From: Hamiltosporidium tvaerminnensis FI-OER-3-3
Lineage: Eukaryota; Fungi; Microsporidia
Assembly (NCBI GenBank): GCA_022605425.2
Contig: JAKIMF020000011.1
Coordinates: forward strand, 620,001 to 684,000
Direction of reading: 5' to 3'
DNA: 64,000 nt
The notes under the pieces are model-generated. The model saw only the letters and a program-made list of their open reading frames with translations. It ran no database searches and was not told the DNA's origin. Numbering within the stretch: position 1 is the first letter of the stretch; each line of letters starts with the position of its first letter. The position numbers and the translations under genes were made by a program. Positions 53,078-64,000 of this stretch are shown here, piece after piece.

Positions 53078-53554
53078 ATGTTTGATTGGCATGAGAATAA
53101 ACAAACAATTACTATTGTAATATATTCTACACAATGTGATATAAAAAATATAAAACCATTTATTGATGGTAAAAAATTAGTAATAAATCAAGAAATTTCT
53201 ATTCAATTGTATAAAGATGTGTCAGATAAAGTTTTTATTAAAGAATATGATAATAAAGTAGAGATTGTTCTAACCAAGTGTGTTGAGGAAAGATGGGACA
53301 CGCTTTTACCAATAAATGGAAATAAAAATGAAGATTTTAGAATAAAATCAGAAAATGTAGATTTACAGGAAATTAGTGATGATAAAGAAGATCAAACTGC
53401 ACTTTCATTTTTTCAAAAAATATATGAAAAATCATCTGATGATGTCAAAAGAGCCATGCGTAAGTCTTTTTTAGAATCAGAAGGTACAGTTTTAAGTACA
53501 AATTGGGACGATGTGGGAAACAAGAAAGTAGATCCTGCTAGTAAGAAACCATGA
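53078..53554 (+). CDS. SGT1: SGT1 Hsp90 co-chaperone (CS + SGS domains, no TPR)
   Basis: CS-like FDWHENKQTITIVIY...KVEIVLTK...W and SGS signature FFQKIY..DDVKRAMRKSFLESEGTVLSTNWDDV. Start placed at CCCAT-ATG 53078 (alternative ATG 53054). Confidence 0.92.
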   Translation: MFDWHENKQTITIVIYSTQCDIKNIKPFIDGKKLVINQEISIQLYKDVSDKVFIKEYDNKVEIVLTKCVEERWDTLLPINGNKNEDFRIKSENVDLQEISDDKEDQTALSFFQKIYEKSSDDVKRAMRKSFLESEGTVLSTNWDDVGNKKVDPASKKP

Positions 53555-53740
53555 TTTTATATGTTATAAATGCTTTAAAATATCAATTTTTTTTCTACTT
53601 TTTTCTCTTTTCAAATGTCGGTTTTTTCATATTTTGTCTAAATATTTAATATCTTTGATAATATTTTAGTATTTTAATACAGAGTTAATGTTTATTTTTT
53701 TATTTTCAACATTTTTTAAATATTTATAAGTCAATTTTTA

Positions 53741-54424
53741 TGGAGAGAGGATAACCATAGTAAAAACTATCACATTACCATTAATAATATTAGATTAGAT
53801 CTAAGATTTTTTGTTGATATAAATCAAATTAAATCTTCGATTGCTCCAGGATAATTTTTTTTTGATTAAGAGGAGGTCAAGAATATGGTAAAAAATTTCG
53901 AAAAAGCTAGTTTATGGTTTTTTATGTAACTCAATTGTTAGTCGCAGTTGAAATTGTATATAATTATTGTTTAAAAGCACTAAAACTCTGCCTTGTTTAC
54001 TAAAGCTAGAAGATTTAAGATCTAGAAAAAAAATATATCTTTTAACAAGTCAAGTTGTTAGCTAACATGTTGGTATGATATTTTGACGTCTAAATAGACA
54101 GAAATAAATCGATTTAATATAGTCTACCGGTGTATATCTGTTTGAACAGTACAGCGTAACACGAAAAGCTTCCTTTATCGTAGAGCGCAATTTAGTGTTT
54201 GACTTACAATCGCGATACGGGCAACGATTATTATATACTTCATAGAGCCGCTTGGTATTTTAAATGATCGCTAGATATCATTTAAATTCAAATCTGCGAA
54301 TGTAGGTATATAGAAGATATCAATGAAGCTTTAATATGGCTAGCATTGTGCAGAACTGCAGTATTTATCAAAAAAATATAAGGTATGCTCTCTTTATACA
54401 AAGATATGCTATTTATTAAATAAA
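53741..54424 (+). mobile_element. Old full-length copy of the SINE-like repeat with candidate TSD
   Basis: TGGAGAGAGGATAACCA start, internal GTTTTTTATGTAAC, CGCAGTTGAA, TGTTGGTATGA and GTAGGTAT, TAAATAAA end. Flanks CAATTTTTA (53732-40) and CAATTTTAA (54425-33). Confidence 0.7.
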
Positions 54425-55156
54425 CAATTTTAAAAATTTTATTAGAAAATTAATATCCAATAAATTGGATTAATAAATATAATTAGCTCAAATAAAACTA
54501 TTAATTATTCTTTAATCATCGGAGACTATTCATCTTATAATAGCCAAATATATTTAAATTTGTACGGTTTTATATTTTTGTAATTTAATTTACGTTTTAT
54601 ATAATTCAAACTTTCATTTTTTTTTCTGTGTTACAAAAATTCATTTATAAAAATTTAGATTTCAAACTAAATTTGTTCAAGAAAGTTGTACCATTTTTCC
54701 AACTAACATGCTTAAAAGCCCATTCAACTAGACTTAGAAATATTTTTAATATTATTTTAATATTTAAATAATTTCCATGTATTTTTTGAATATTTGGATC
54801 CTTAAAATATTAATATGGTTCATTTACAATTTCCAAAAAGTTAAATTCTATTATATTTTATTTTTATATTTCAATTTTAAAATACGGGACACTTGATTTC
54901 AGATGATACAATCGCCGACAAAGATAAGATAAAATTTAAAATCGAGATAAGTAAACAAAACTGATAATTAAACAGTATGTAGGTAGGAAGATTCGAGAAA
55001 AAGATATATAAAACCTTGATATGATTTTGATAAATTTTTATTACAAGTTTAATCAAGAAAAATATTATGAAATAGATTTTTGAAAAAAAAATTACAAATA
55101 AAAACATCTAATAACTTTAATGTTGGTTTAAATAAGAGAAATAAAGGGTGACATAC

Positions 55157-56725
55157 TTATGATTCTTTTTCGGTCTGATTTTTCTCAGAAATCTTCTGCG
55201 GAAGAGCAAAATCATGAAAATATTTATATGTATCTTCAAGTAGATGAATCAATGTAGTACGATTTTTTTCTTGAGGGTGAGAATTTTTTTTTGAAACAAT
55301 ATCAAATCTTTTTTGTAAATTAGCATATGCCTCATCATTAAATTCAAAAGAAGATACTTTATCGCGATTTTTTAGATATTTTTTTTCAAAAATTATAAGA
55401 TAATAACCGATTATCTTAGTAATGAGATCGTTGCTTAAACATTTTGGTGTAATTTTGGCAAATTTTGGCTTTTGCCCATCGAGGGGTGTATTTTGTTCTC
55501 GACGGATTAATAAACAGATCTCGTTAATATCCGATTCTTCGATGTAAAGTATTACATCAATTAAAAAAACAGTAAAATCATCTTGAGTAATTTTTGCATC
55601 TACGTACGCAACATTAGTATTGGTCATTGACCGAAAGAATTCGCATGCAAAAAGAAATGCTTTATAATATTTTTTAAGAATTGGTGAATGAATTGAAAAT
55701 CTCAATTCGGTTGTTCTAATAATTAATAACAAACCATTATATAATGCAGTATTGAATTCTTTATCTAAATGAATATTTTTTTTTCTAATATCTGCAGAAC
55801 GATTAAAAATAAAGTTTATTCGCTTATGTATTTCTTTAATAAAAGCTTCAATCAATTTCAAATAAAAGAAAAAAGTAACATGGTTTTTTATATTAGACGT
55901 ACCAGAATTTATTACTTCTTCTATTATTTTGTTAATCGAAATAAAAATAGGAATTTCTAAAAGTACACTATCTTCAGAAATTGATAAATCAATATGTTTT
56001 TTATTTTTTTCAAAAAGATCCTCAAAAATTTTTTTTTGTTGTGGATTGAACTTTATAATGTAATCTTCTATTGGTGCTAACTCTTCCAATATTGTAAAAT
56101 ATTTTTCTAAAAATTCGTTTTCGGAAATTTCATAAATTCTTCCGCTTTTTTCGAATATTGACGATATATTGTTCGATGATCTGCGCTGTACACAATGGGC
56201 GTAAATAACATTTATAAATCCAGGTGTTTCAACAGATGATGGCTTCGAAGGACGTGAAATAGAAGTGTTGTACATACGGACGTTGTTTGTTCGATTAATA
56301 ACCTTACTAATATTGTTAGAAGCATGGTTGATCCCCGACTCTGCTAAAGTAAATCCAAAATTCTGATCTTCTCTGGGTAAAGGAATATTAACTATCTTCT
56401 CTGTCCGTGCTGATCGAGAATTTATCCTACCTTGTTTTTTTGGAGAATCTCCTTTAGTATGCCTACGCTTATCATTTATATTGGCACCTACATTATCTGA
56501 AGAAGTCTTGTTTGTAGAACTATTCCGGTGCTTTGGAGAAACTGGCAACCGCTTTACGTCACTTGTTTTACTACCTTTTTTAACACTTACTGCACTTGTT
56601 TGATCTTTTGAAATTTCGGAAAATGATCTTTTTCCGCTTCTTAGATTATCTGAAGACTTACACGTTAGTAACAAGGAAACTATCAAAATAAAATTTTTAT
56701 TGGGAATGAATTTTTGAAAATACAT
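55157..56725 (-). CDS. Predicted secreted protein, 522 aa; distant member of the 19.7/28.6/38.7-kb family
   Basis: CCC-ATG, signal-like FILIVSLLLTC, basic disordered N-region. FFYLKLIEAF, VFLIDVILYIEE and KIIGYYL align in order with FVGMKMIESL, RALIDSIFLLDE and KLIKYYL. Confidence 0.85.
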   Translation of the reverse strand: MYFQKFIPNKNFILIVSLLLTCKSSDNLRSGKRSFSEISKDQTSAVSVKKGSKTSDVKRLPVSPKHRNSSTNKTSSDNVGANINDKRRHTKGDSPKKQGRINSRSARTEKIVNIPLPREDQNFGFTLAESGINHASNNISKVINRTNNVRMYNTSISRPSKPSSVETPGFINVIYAHCVQRRSSNNISSIFEKSGRIYEISENEFLEKYFTILEELAPIEDYIIKFNPQQKKIFEDLFEKNKKHIDLSISEDSVLLEIPIFISINKIIEEVINSGTSNIKNHVTFFFYLKLIEAFIKEIHKRINFIFNRSADIRKKNIHLDKEFNTALYNGLLLIIRTTELRFSIHSPILKKYYKAFLFACEFFRSMTNTNVAYVDAKITQDDFTVFLIDVILYIEESDINEICLLIRREQNTPLDGQKPKFAKITPKCLSNDLITKIIGYYLIIFEKKYLKNRDKVSSFEFNDEAYANLQKRFDIVSKKNSHPQEKNRTTLIHLLEDTYKYFHDFALPQKISEKNQTEKES

Positions 56726-58523
56726 GGGAATCTTTTCTTTTAAGCATTTATATTTGAATAATTAAACCTACAGAGTAAATTTCTAAAAGCAAAAATCATA
56801 TTTTATATTTTTTTTGATAATTAACAAATATAGTAAATAAATATAGGATAAATTTTATTGTTTCCAATTAAGTAAAATTTCAAATTGCAATTTTTTTCTA
56901 AAAATATTTATATTTTAAGTGATAATTGTCATAATATCTCTATTTTTCAAATATCTCTTTGTTCAAACTTTTTAAACCCTTCTATATTTTTTTTTCATAA
57001 CTGTTTCGTCTTTAAATCGTATTTTTATTTTTAATTGTATTAACAAAAGAAGAGAAAGTCTTTTGAAAATTTAAAACTTTTTGATCTTAATTCTATAAAA
57101 AAATTCTATTTTTTTTCTTAAAACATGATTTCGTATATCATATTATTTGAGATTCATGTTCAAAGTGTTATCAGCCTTTCTTCGTGGTGATTTCATCTCA
57201 AATAATTCAAAAATTTAGAAATGTTTTTAGCTACTAAATTGAATATATAACTACTAGACGTTAAGCTCGTAGAAACGAACGTTCTCTTACATTTATAAGA
57301 AAGGTTTGCCGAAAATTATCTTAAACTTTATTATCTGAGCTATAGTTTCTCAAACTTTTCAACAAGAATTCCTTGTTCTTATTTAGTCTCTTTGTCTTGT
57401 ATTTTCACGTCTTTTATTCCCAAATTATTATCCGCTTTGTGCATTTTTCACTAAAAATTTACACCTTTTTAACCGCGGTTTTCTTTTCTTCTTGTGTATT
57501 CATTTATAATTTTTCAGCGGTTCAGCTTAGCTTTTTCTGTTATTCTGTTCACTTTCCACCTATTTTAATTCATTCTGTACATTTTTCGGATAAATATATT
57601 CTTATGAAGCCTTTATTTGTCTGAAAAAACCGTGTTCTTTTAACTATATGCTGTATTATTTAATTTATTTATTTAATAAAGTCTTACTTACTTCATTTAA
57701 AAACATTTTAATTTAATCAAGTATAAGTTACACTAAGCTATTGAACCAAAAGTTTTTTTTGCAATTATTTTTGAGAATATAAATATACTACACAGAAGAA
57801 TGGTTGAAAATCATCAAAAATAGCATACAATTTTTTATGCAACCGTAAACTGCTTTAAAAAATTCAAATAAGTGATTATTTTTTTAAATGAAAACGTTAG
57901 AAAAATTAAAAAAACAAAGTTATTATGTTACTCTTGATAAATAATACAATTTAGGAGAAAATTTACGAATTTATTTCAAATATTTTTTTGAATAAATATA
58001 AATTTTAATTGTTTTATATTCAGTTCTACTCATTATTATTGGTTATGTAAGCTATATGAACAAATAGAAAGAGACATATTTTAATTCGAGCACTCTTATT
58101 TGTGTCTTATAGTCTTTTACCTAGTTAAACATTTCGAGATGAATCGTCTTGTCGGTTTCGTTCAGGCCATTACTGAATTATATAAATAATCTGACTATAA
58201 ATATAGGTTTTATAAGAGATAATTGAGATTTTGAAATAATAATATTGTGTGTTATTGCAGATAGAATTATATGAATAAAATATAATAAAAAAAAAGATCA
58301 ATTGGCTTTTTGATAGGCATTGTGTCTGGCTTTTACATTCTAAATTCCTAAAGGTTTGTCTTAATTGGATTTTTAATATAAAAGAATAGACTAAAATTAA
58401 ATGTGTACACTAAAGATTAATATTTGAATTTGTTTTCTTTTCCACTATTTCATTATTTTTATACGATTTGAGAATAATTTCCATAACAGAATAAGTACGA
58501 TTATGAATAAAGACTTTAATATA

Positions 58524-59250
58524 TTTATTTAAAAGTATCACATCTTTTTAAAACAGCTGCAAGTGTTATATTTGTTTTCATGACACTAACACAGTTCTAG
58601 GTTTAAAATAAATGACTGCTACCCCAACACTCCATCGGTAACCCCTGCGATACCTACGTCCCAAAGCCTTTCATCTACCAGGGGTGCAGAACCTAATTAA
58701 TAAGCGAGGCAGTTACCCGGAGTTTTTCAATGTCTGTTGTATGGAGTGTGATCGAAGGCCGAAGCATCCCCTGGGCTCCCCCAAGACTTTGCAGCATTCC
58801 CACTTACTCTACACTTTCTGAACCCAATAAACTTCTGGCTAAGATATATTTCAGAGATTTAAATGGGGTCCACCTAGACAGTGCAATATCATACCAACAG
58901 GTATAACCTGCTACTTAGCTCTCCCGGCTTTTAATGGTTTTAATTTTTATATCTTCCAGGCGCTAAGTCTTCTAACCCGAGTGAGCAAGGCTAGGTTTCT
59001 ATGCTTTTACATGGCAATTACCTACATGTTCAACTGCGGTCTGCAATCTGGTTACATAAAAAACTACAAATAGATTTGTAGAAAAAGTTTCTACTCTTCT
59101 TAGACCTCTTCTCCTCATAACAACTCCCATAAAATAATCGAATACGTAGTGTATTTTCATTCACACCGAAAAATCAAACAATAATTTAAACAGTAGTTTC
59201 ACACACTCATTGCTAAGCAGAAAGTTTTTTATGGGGTTATCCTCCTTCCA
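58524..59250 (-). mobile_element. Apparently full-length (727 nt) SINE-like repeat, head-to-head with the LINE
   Basis: Minus strand starts TGGAAGGAGGATAACCCCATAAAAAAC and ends GATACTTTTAAATAAA. Highly similar to 3866-4499. Confidence 0.85.
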
Positions 59251-59288
59251 ATATCGAATAAAATATATTATAATATATATTTTTGTCA

Positions 59289-62200
59289 CAAATGGGTAGA
59301 AAGAAAAATGTTAGCAGCGAAATATCGAAAAATACCAAAATAAAGGCTGCAAACGACGCTTATGAGGTGAAGAAGAGTGATAGTGAGGTACAAAAATGTA
59401 AGCTACACCCACCGGCGATTTCCCTACCTTCCTCCTCCTACATAACAATAACACTTCCACCACCAAGCCAAACATGCAGTAAAATGCAAAATAGTGGGCT
59501 TGACACCTTACCTTCGCCTAATACACCAGTTCCCTCTTCGGTTGAAGTCTTTGCGTGCGAGCCATCGTACGACATGACAAGCCCCTGTACTCTAGCTATT
59601 CCGGAAGGTAACAGGCTAATGGCATTGCGGACGATATTCGATTCCGTAACAGCCGACCCGAAGGAATGGCCTCGAATTGTTTTTTTTTGCCGTACAGACA
59701 AGGTTTGAAAGAATGCCAAGAAATGGCTGGACAGAGCTTCACAGGTACTATAATGAGAAATTCGGCTGCACTGAAACTCTCGAAGTGTTGAAAAAATTGG
59801 CACAAAGTGAGATGGGAAAGGAGGTAAAATCAGAAGAGAATGGAGAGCGACGTAGAATCGCCACTTGTCTCGCTGATACATGCACCTTGACCGACACCAC
59901 AGAGTACATAAACCTGAGAGATAAATTCTTGAGTAAAATCAAAGAAATCTCGATGAAGGAAATTGGAAAAGTGGTGGTCCGAACTAGAAAACATTCAAAT
60001 GAATTGGTTGATAGTAAAGTTCTGGATCTCATTAATTGAGTAGTCGGTGAATATGCAGGAGCTCATGTACCTGAGTCAATTACGGAAGCCGCGTATATCA
60101 TGCAAGCTGCGCAGATATGCTATGACGAGGCAACGCGTAAAGAGAAGCCTAGATCCGCTTGGAAGGAAAACATAGAAAGTAAAATTTCTAAGTTAGTACT
60201 TTCCAAAGATCTTCTCGAGAAGGCTCGTAAGCAGAAAAAGCTCTCCGCTTCGGAAACGAAGAGCCTTAAGAAAATCATGCGAGAGTTTAATTTAAACTTG
60301 AGCAGCGTAACTGATCTTTCTGAGGCTTTAGTTAAGAAGAATGAGTCTTTGAATGTTTACGAGAAAAAAATTACGATGCATGAAAGTAGGAAGCAATTCC
60401 GAAAAGAGAATCGTATGTTTGAGCTTTTCCGAGGTCGATTTTATCGTGGGTTATCTGAGCGTGTAGAATCCGAGCATGTGGTTAGCCGTGATGAAATTGT
60501 GAGTTTTTGGTCTACAATGTGGAACAAAAATGATGACACAGTCACGTATGATGATTATTTGATTCCATTTGTATCAGATAATCATCCGACCACGTTTCCT
60601 TCACTTGATGAATTTGTAAATATCATTAATTGGCTTCCGAATTGGAAAGCTGCTGGAATTGATGGTATTTACAATTTTTTCATCAAGAAACTTACAAATC
60701 TTCACAAATATATTTATGATATTGTGAAAGTTATATGTTTAGAAGGAACAACTCAAGCTGAGCGGTTTTACTGCGGGCTTACGTATTTGATACCGAAAGG
60801 AATTCCACGAAGAGGCTCTGACTACAGGCCAATCACTTGTATGTCAAACCTCTATAAGTTAACGACAAAGTGTGTAACTAAAGTCGTTCAACTTGAAGTG
60901 GAAAGGCGAGGGTTGATTGCAAAGAACCAATTAGGGGCGGTAAGAGGTGTGCAGGGAGCGAAAGAGCAGGCTCTACTGAATATTGCTTTCAATAAAGAGT
61001 ATGGAAATAATCTTAAGGCAACATGGATTGATGTTAAAAAAGCTTATGACTCAATAGATCATGCTTATTTAACTCAATGCATTGAAAACCTTAATTTACC
61101 TGATTGGATCCTGAAATTTATTAAGGTAATTATATCAAAATGGAAAATTGATATATCAGTAGGGCCTGAAAAAATCATGAGCAAGAAGATTGATAGAGGG
61201 ATTCTGCAAGGAGATAGTTTGTCACCATTGTTGTTTGTGTTGTGTATGGATCCATTAAGCCGAAAGCTTAATGAAAAATACACAAAAGTGACAGTACAAA
61301 CAGATGCAGAATCCCATTCTACTAATCATCTCTTGTTTATTGATGATCTTAAGCTCCTTGCAAAAGACAGCTCCACATTGAGTGCTATGACAGGCGAGGC
61401 AAAGGAATTTTTAGAGGTGATTGGCTTAGAGATTAACAAAGAGAAGTCAGCCACAAATGATACGTGTTGTGAAGATACTGCTACTCTTCTAGAAGGTGTT
61501 AGTGTTTACAAATATTTAGGAATAATAGAAGATAGCAGAGGAATCCCAACACGTAGCTCATTTGAAGAAGTACAGAGCAAACTTATATCAAGAGTTGAAA
61601 GACTTTGTCACACAAGATTAAATGCAAAAAATTTATTTTCTGCAATAAATCAACATGCGATATCGTTAATCAACCACCACATAGGAGTACTTCGACTTGA
61701 ACCGGCTGACTTCTCTAAGTTAGATGATGCAGTGCGTGCGGTGATGGTGAAGAATAAGATACATCTCCGCCCAGGATGTAAAGAGCGTTTATACCTTCCT
61801 AGAACAGAACTTGGAAGAGGCTTACATAGTGTTGAGTTGCGAAGCGAACATATGCTTCTGCAACTCTTGGATTGTCTGGAAAAAAGTAAAGAAATATCAA
61901 CTAGACGAGCAACAATCCTCAAGGTGGAGAATAATAATAAAACCCATCTTGCACTAATAAAAGGCTTCTTAAAAGTAAAGTACAGGTTGGTAGAAGAAGT
62001 CACTAAGAAAAGTTTAGAAGAAGCTCAACTTGCAAAACTATATAACGAAATAGAAAAACGAAAACTACATTCAAAGTTATATAATGCAAGGAAAAATGAG
62101 CTTGTGAGTGTTAGTGACTCTTCAAGATGGCTAAAGAGAGGAAATATTAGGCCACGAAATGAAGCTGTGTTCTGCTATATCCAGGATAGAAATGTATTCT

Positions 62201-63095
62201 GGGGAGCAGATGGTGTGTGTCAACATTGCGGGAAGTCTGGTAAGACTGTAGATCATCTAGCAACCAGATGTAAAAAAATGCTGGGCCATGACTATACCAG
62301 ACGGCATAATGAAGTGGTTAGATGCCTACACTTACTTCTCTTAAATAGATATAAGTTTAAGTCCTCAAAACGAATTAGGAGTCACTCAGTTCAAGAAATT
62401 CTTGATAATGAGTATGCAGAGATAAGAGTGAACACTAGAATTAAAACTGATGTTAAAATTCGGAATAACAGACCGGACATATTTATTTTAGATAAGAAGA
62501 AGAATAAGATAACACTCATTGAAGTAGAAATCACTTCCCAAGATTCACTTCAAATAGTTGAAACTTAAAAACTTAGGAAATATGACCTGCTAGCCAATGA
62601 GTTTGGTCTTATTTATAAGTTTAGTGTTGAGATAATCCCTTATGTGAGATTACCTGGGACGGTATTGTGACAAAATACCATAAATCTCAACGACAAAGAT
62701 GAGAAATACCCATGAATGTAGAGGCATACATTCAGTCTATAGTACTTAAGAAGACAGTCGAAACAATTTCCTTTGACCGACGAAGAGGACTTGAGTCAGG
62801 ACTAAATGCCGAAGAGAGCTAGGAAAGAGCGTCAATGGGTGTTATTATTAGAACAGAGAGACATGAGGAACCAACATCTCCTTTAAAAGAAGGGAGAGAG
62901 AGAAAGATGGTGCAAAAAATTTTAAACCAAAAAATAAAGTACCTCTTTTTCACAAGAAGTAACCACTTTAGAGGAGCCGACCAATAACATAACTGAAGAG
63001 TCTGATTTGGAAGAAGAGACAATAGTGGTTAAAGAGGTAGAAGAAAACATATAAAAATGGTAAAAATCTTTTAACCCATAATTTTATTAAATAAA
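59289..63095 (+). mobile_element. Near full-length single-ORF RLE non-LTR retrotransposon (R4/Dong/NeSL-like architecture), inactivated
   Basis: RT motifs KAAGIDG, YRPITC, DVKKAYDS, GILQGDSLSP and LFIDD; CCHC CQHC...H....C; PD-ExK-like RPDI..LIEV. Lesions: frameshift in a T-run at about 59680-88, TGA 60037, TAA 62566, frameshift at about 62648. Probable natural stop 63052-54. TSD ATATATTTTTGTCA at 59275-59288 and 63096-63109. Confidence 0.97.
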
Positions 63096-63406
63096 ATATA
63101 TTTTTGTCATTTACAAGTTAGAGAATATTATGTTAATCGGTTTTTTATGTTTTATTTCTCTTTTTTTATTTGAATTTATGTTCATAACCTATTATTCTTT
63201 AAATTGCAGTTTTACTTAAACCATCTTATAAAAATGCTTCAAAGTTACTTTGAGTTTTTTTAGGAATTAAAAAAAAGTTAGAATTATTTTTTTAAAAAAA
63301 TTTAATCATAAAAAATGTGTTAATTTTTTTTTGCTAAATTTAGTGTATTGGTCGATGAAAAACCCTTGTTATTTTTATTTAAATATTTTAATTGGAATTA
63401 TAACCG

Positions 63407-64000
63407 ATGTCCCTTTTAGAAAATACATTTAACTATTTTCATTCTGACTGTGTTTCTTGTATTTCTATAAATTCAAAAAATTTGTATGTTTGTACAAAGA
63501 AAAAATTAAACGTATGGAACAAAACCGAAAAAACATTTAAGACATTTATTATTCCAGAGGAGTTTATAAAGTCTGTATCTAACAATCTTCACACTTTTTT
63601 TCTATCTAAAAATTGTTTTTATTGTTTAGAAAACGATTTTCTTATAAAAATATGTGATACACACACATTCCCATGCTTTTGGTTAAATAAAAATCATTTG
63701 GTACTTGCAGACCAAGAAAATCTCACCATATATACTTTTCACCAATTTATGGAAGAAGAAAAAAATTCGGTAAAAAATGCTATACAGAAAAATAGTTTTA
63801 ATATCGAAAACCATCAAATTTTAAATCAAGACCTATCAGAGAATTACACGGATATAAAATTTATAAAAAATGACATAAATTATGTGAATTTGAAGAGCGA
63901 TTTGTATCTCAAAAATAAAAGAATATTCAATATATTTAACTCCAAATATGGAATTGTATCTTGTATTGTGGAATATGAAAACAGACTATATATTTCATTT
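63407..64000 (+). CDS. Partial gene (198 codons, runs off the window), possibly WD40/beta-propeller-like
   Basis: Hand-translated open frame from CCG-ATG 63407: MSLLENTFNYFHSDCVSCISINSKNLYVCTKKKLNVWN..., with no stop to the window end. H..V.CI.....L....L.VW resembles a WD repeat. Confidence 0.75.
   Translation, partial: MSLLENTFNYFHSDCVSCISINSKNLYVCTKKKLNVWNKTEKTFKTFIIPEEFIKSVSNNLHTFFLSKNCFYCLENDFLIKICDTHTFPCFWLNKNHLVLADQENLTIYTFHQFMEEEKNSVKNAIQKNSFNIENHQILNQDLSENYTDIKFIKNDINYVNLKSDLYLKNKRIFNIFNSKYGIVSCIVEYENRLYISF

Noticed and set aside
58500-59280. TSD for the 58524-59250 copy (GAATAAA..TAATATA on both sides)
   Set aside because: Needs several indels in very AT-rich DNA, so it is not distinguishable from chance.
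58524-59288. Repeat as the 5' UTR of the LINE
   Set aside because: The 14-bp TSD places the LINE boundary at 59289. The repeat occurs independently elsewhere, and its truncation polarity points the opposite way.
59438-62003. Antisense ORFs within the LINE (also 5937-6290)
   Set aside because: Opposite-strand by-products of the RT ORF. Their conservation just reflects copy similarity.

Overview
Very AT-rich, gene-sparse eukaryotic DNA. Several genes have CCC immediately before the ATG, the long ORFs appear intronless, SGT1 lacks its TPR domain, and there are Asn-rich 'GVNN' low-complexity inserts. Together these suggest a large-genome microsporidian, possibly Hamiltosporidium-like (inference, not verified). 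Host genes: a 1184-aa low-complexity protein; four same-strand paralogs of a predicted secreted family (one frameshifted, one distant); a 790-aa possibly LRR-like protein; SGT1; and a possibly WD40-like gene running off the right end that the ORF track missed. Mobile DNA: two copies of a single-ORF RLE-type non-LTR retrotransposon with 14-15 bp TSDs; a DD34E Tc1/IS630 element nested in an rve-integrase relic; and other decayed transposons. Main observations: (1) a ~720-nt non-coding, structured repeat present 7 times, with a shared TAAATAAA 3' end, 5' truncation and candidate TSDs, i.e. a candidate SINE-like partner of the LINE with no recognisable tRNA/5S head; (2) a 198-bp, 97%-identical tract shared by two otherwise diverged secreted-family paralogs, consistent with gene conversion; (3) a GC-rich multi-helix island at 44.7-44.95 kb.
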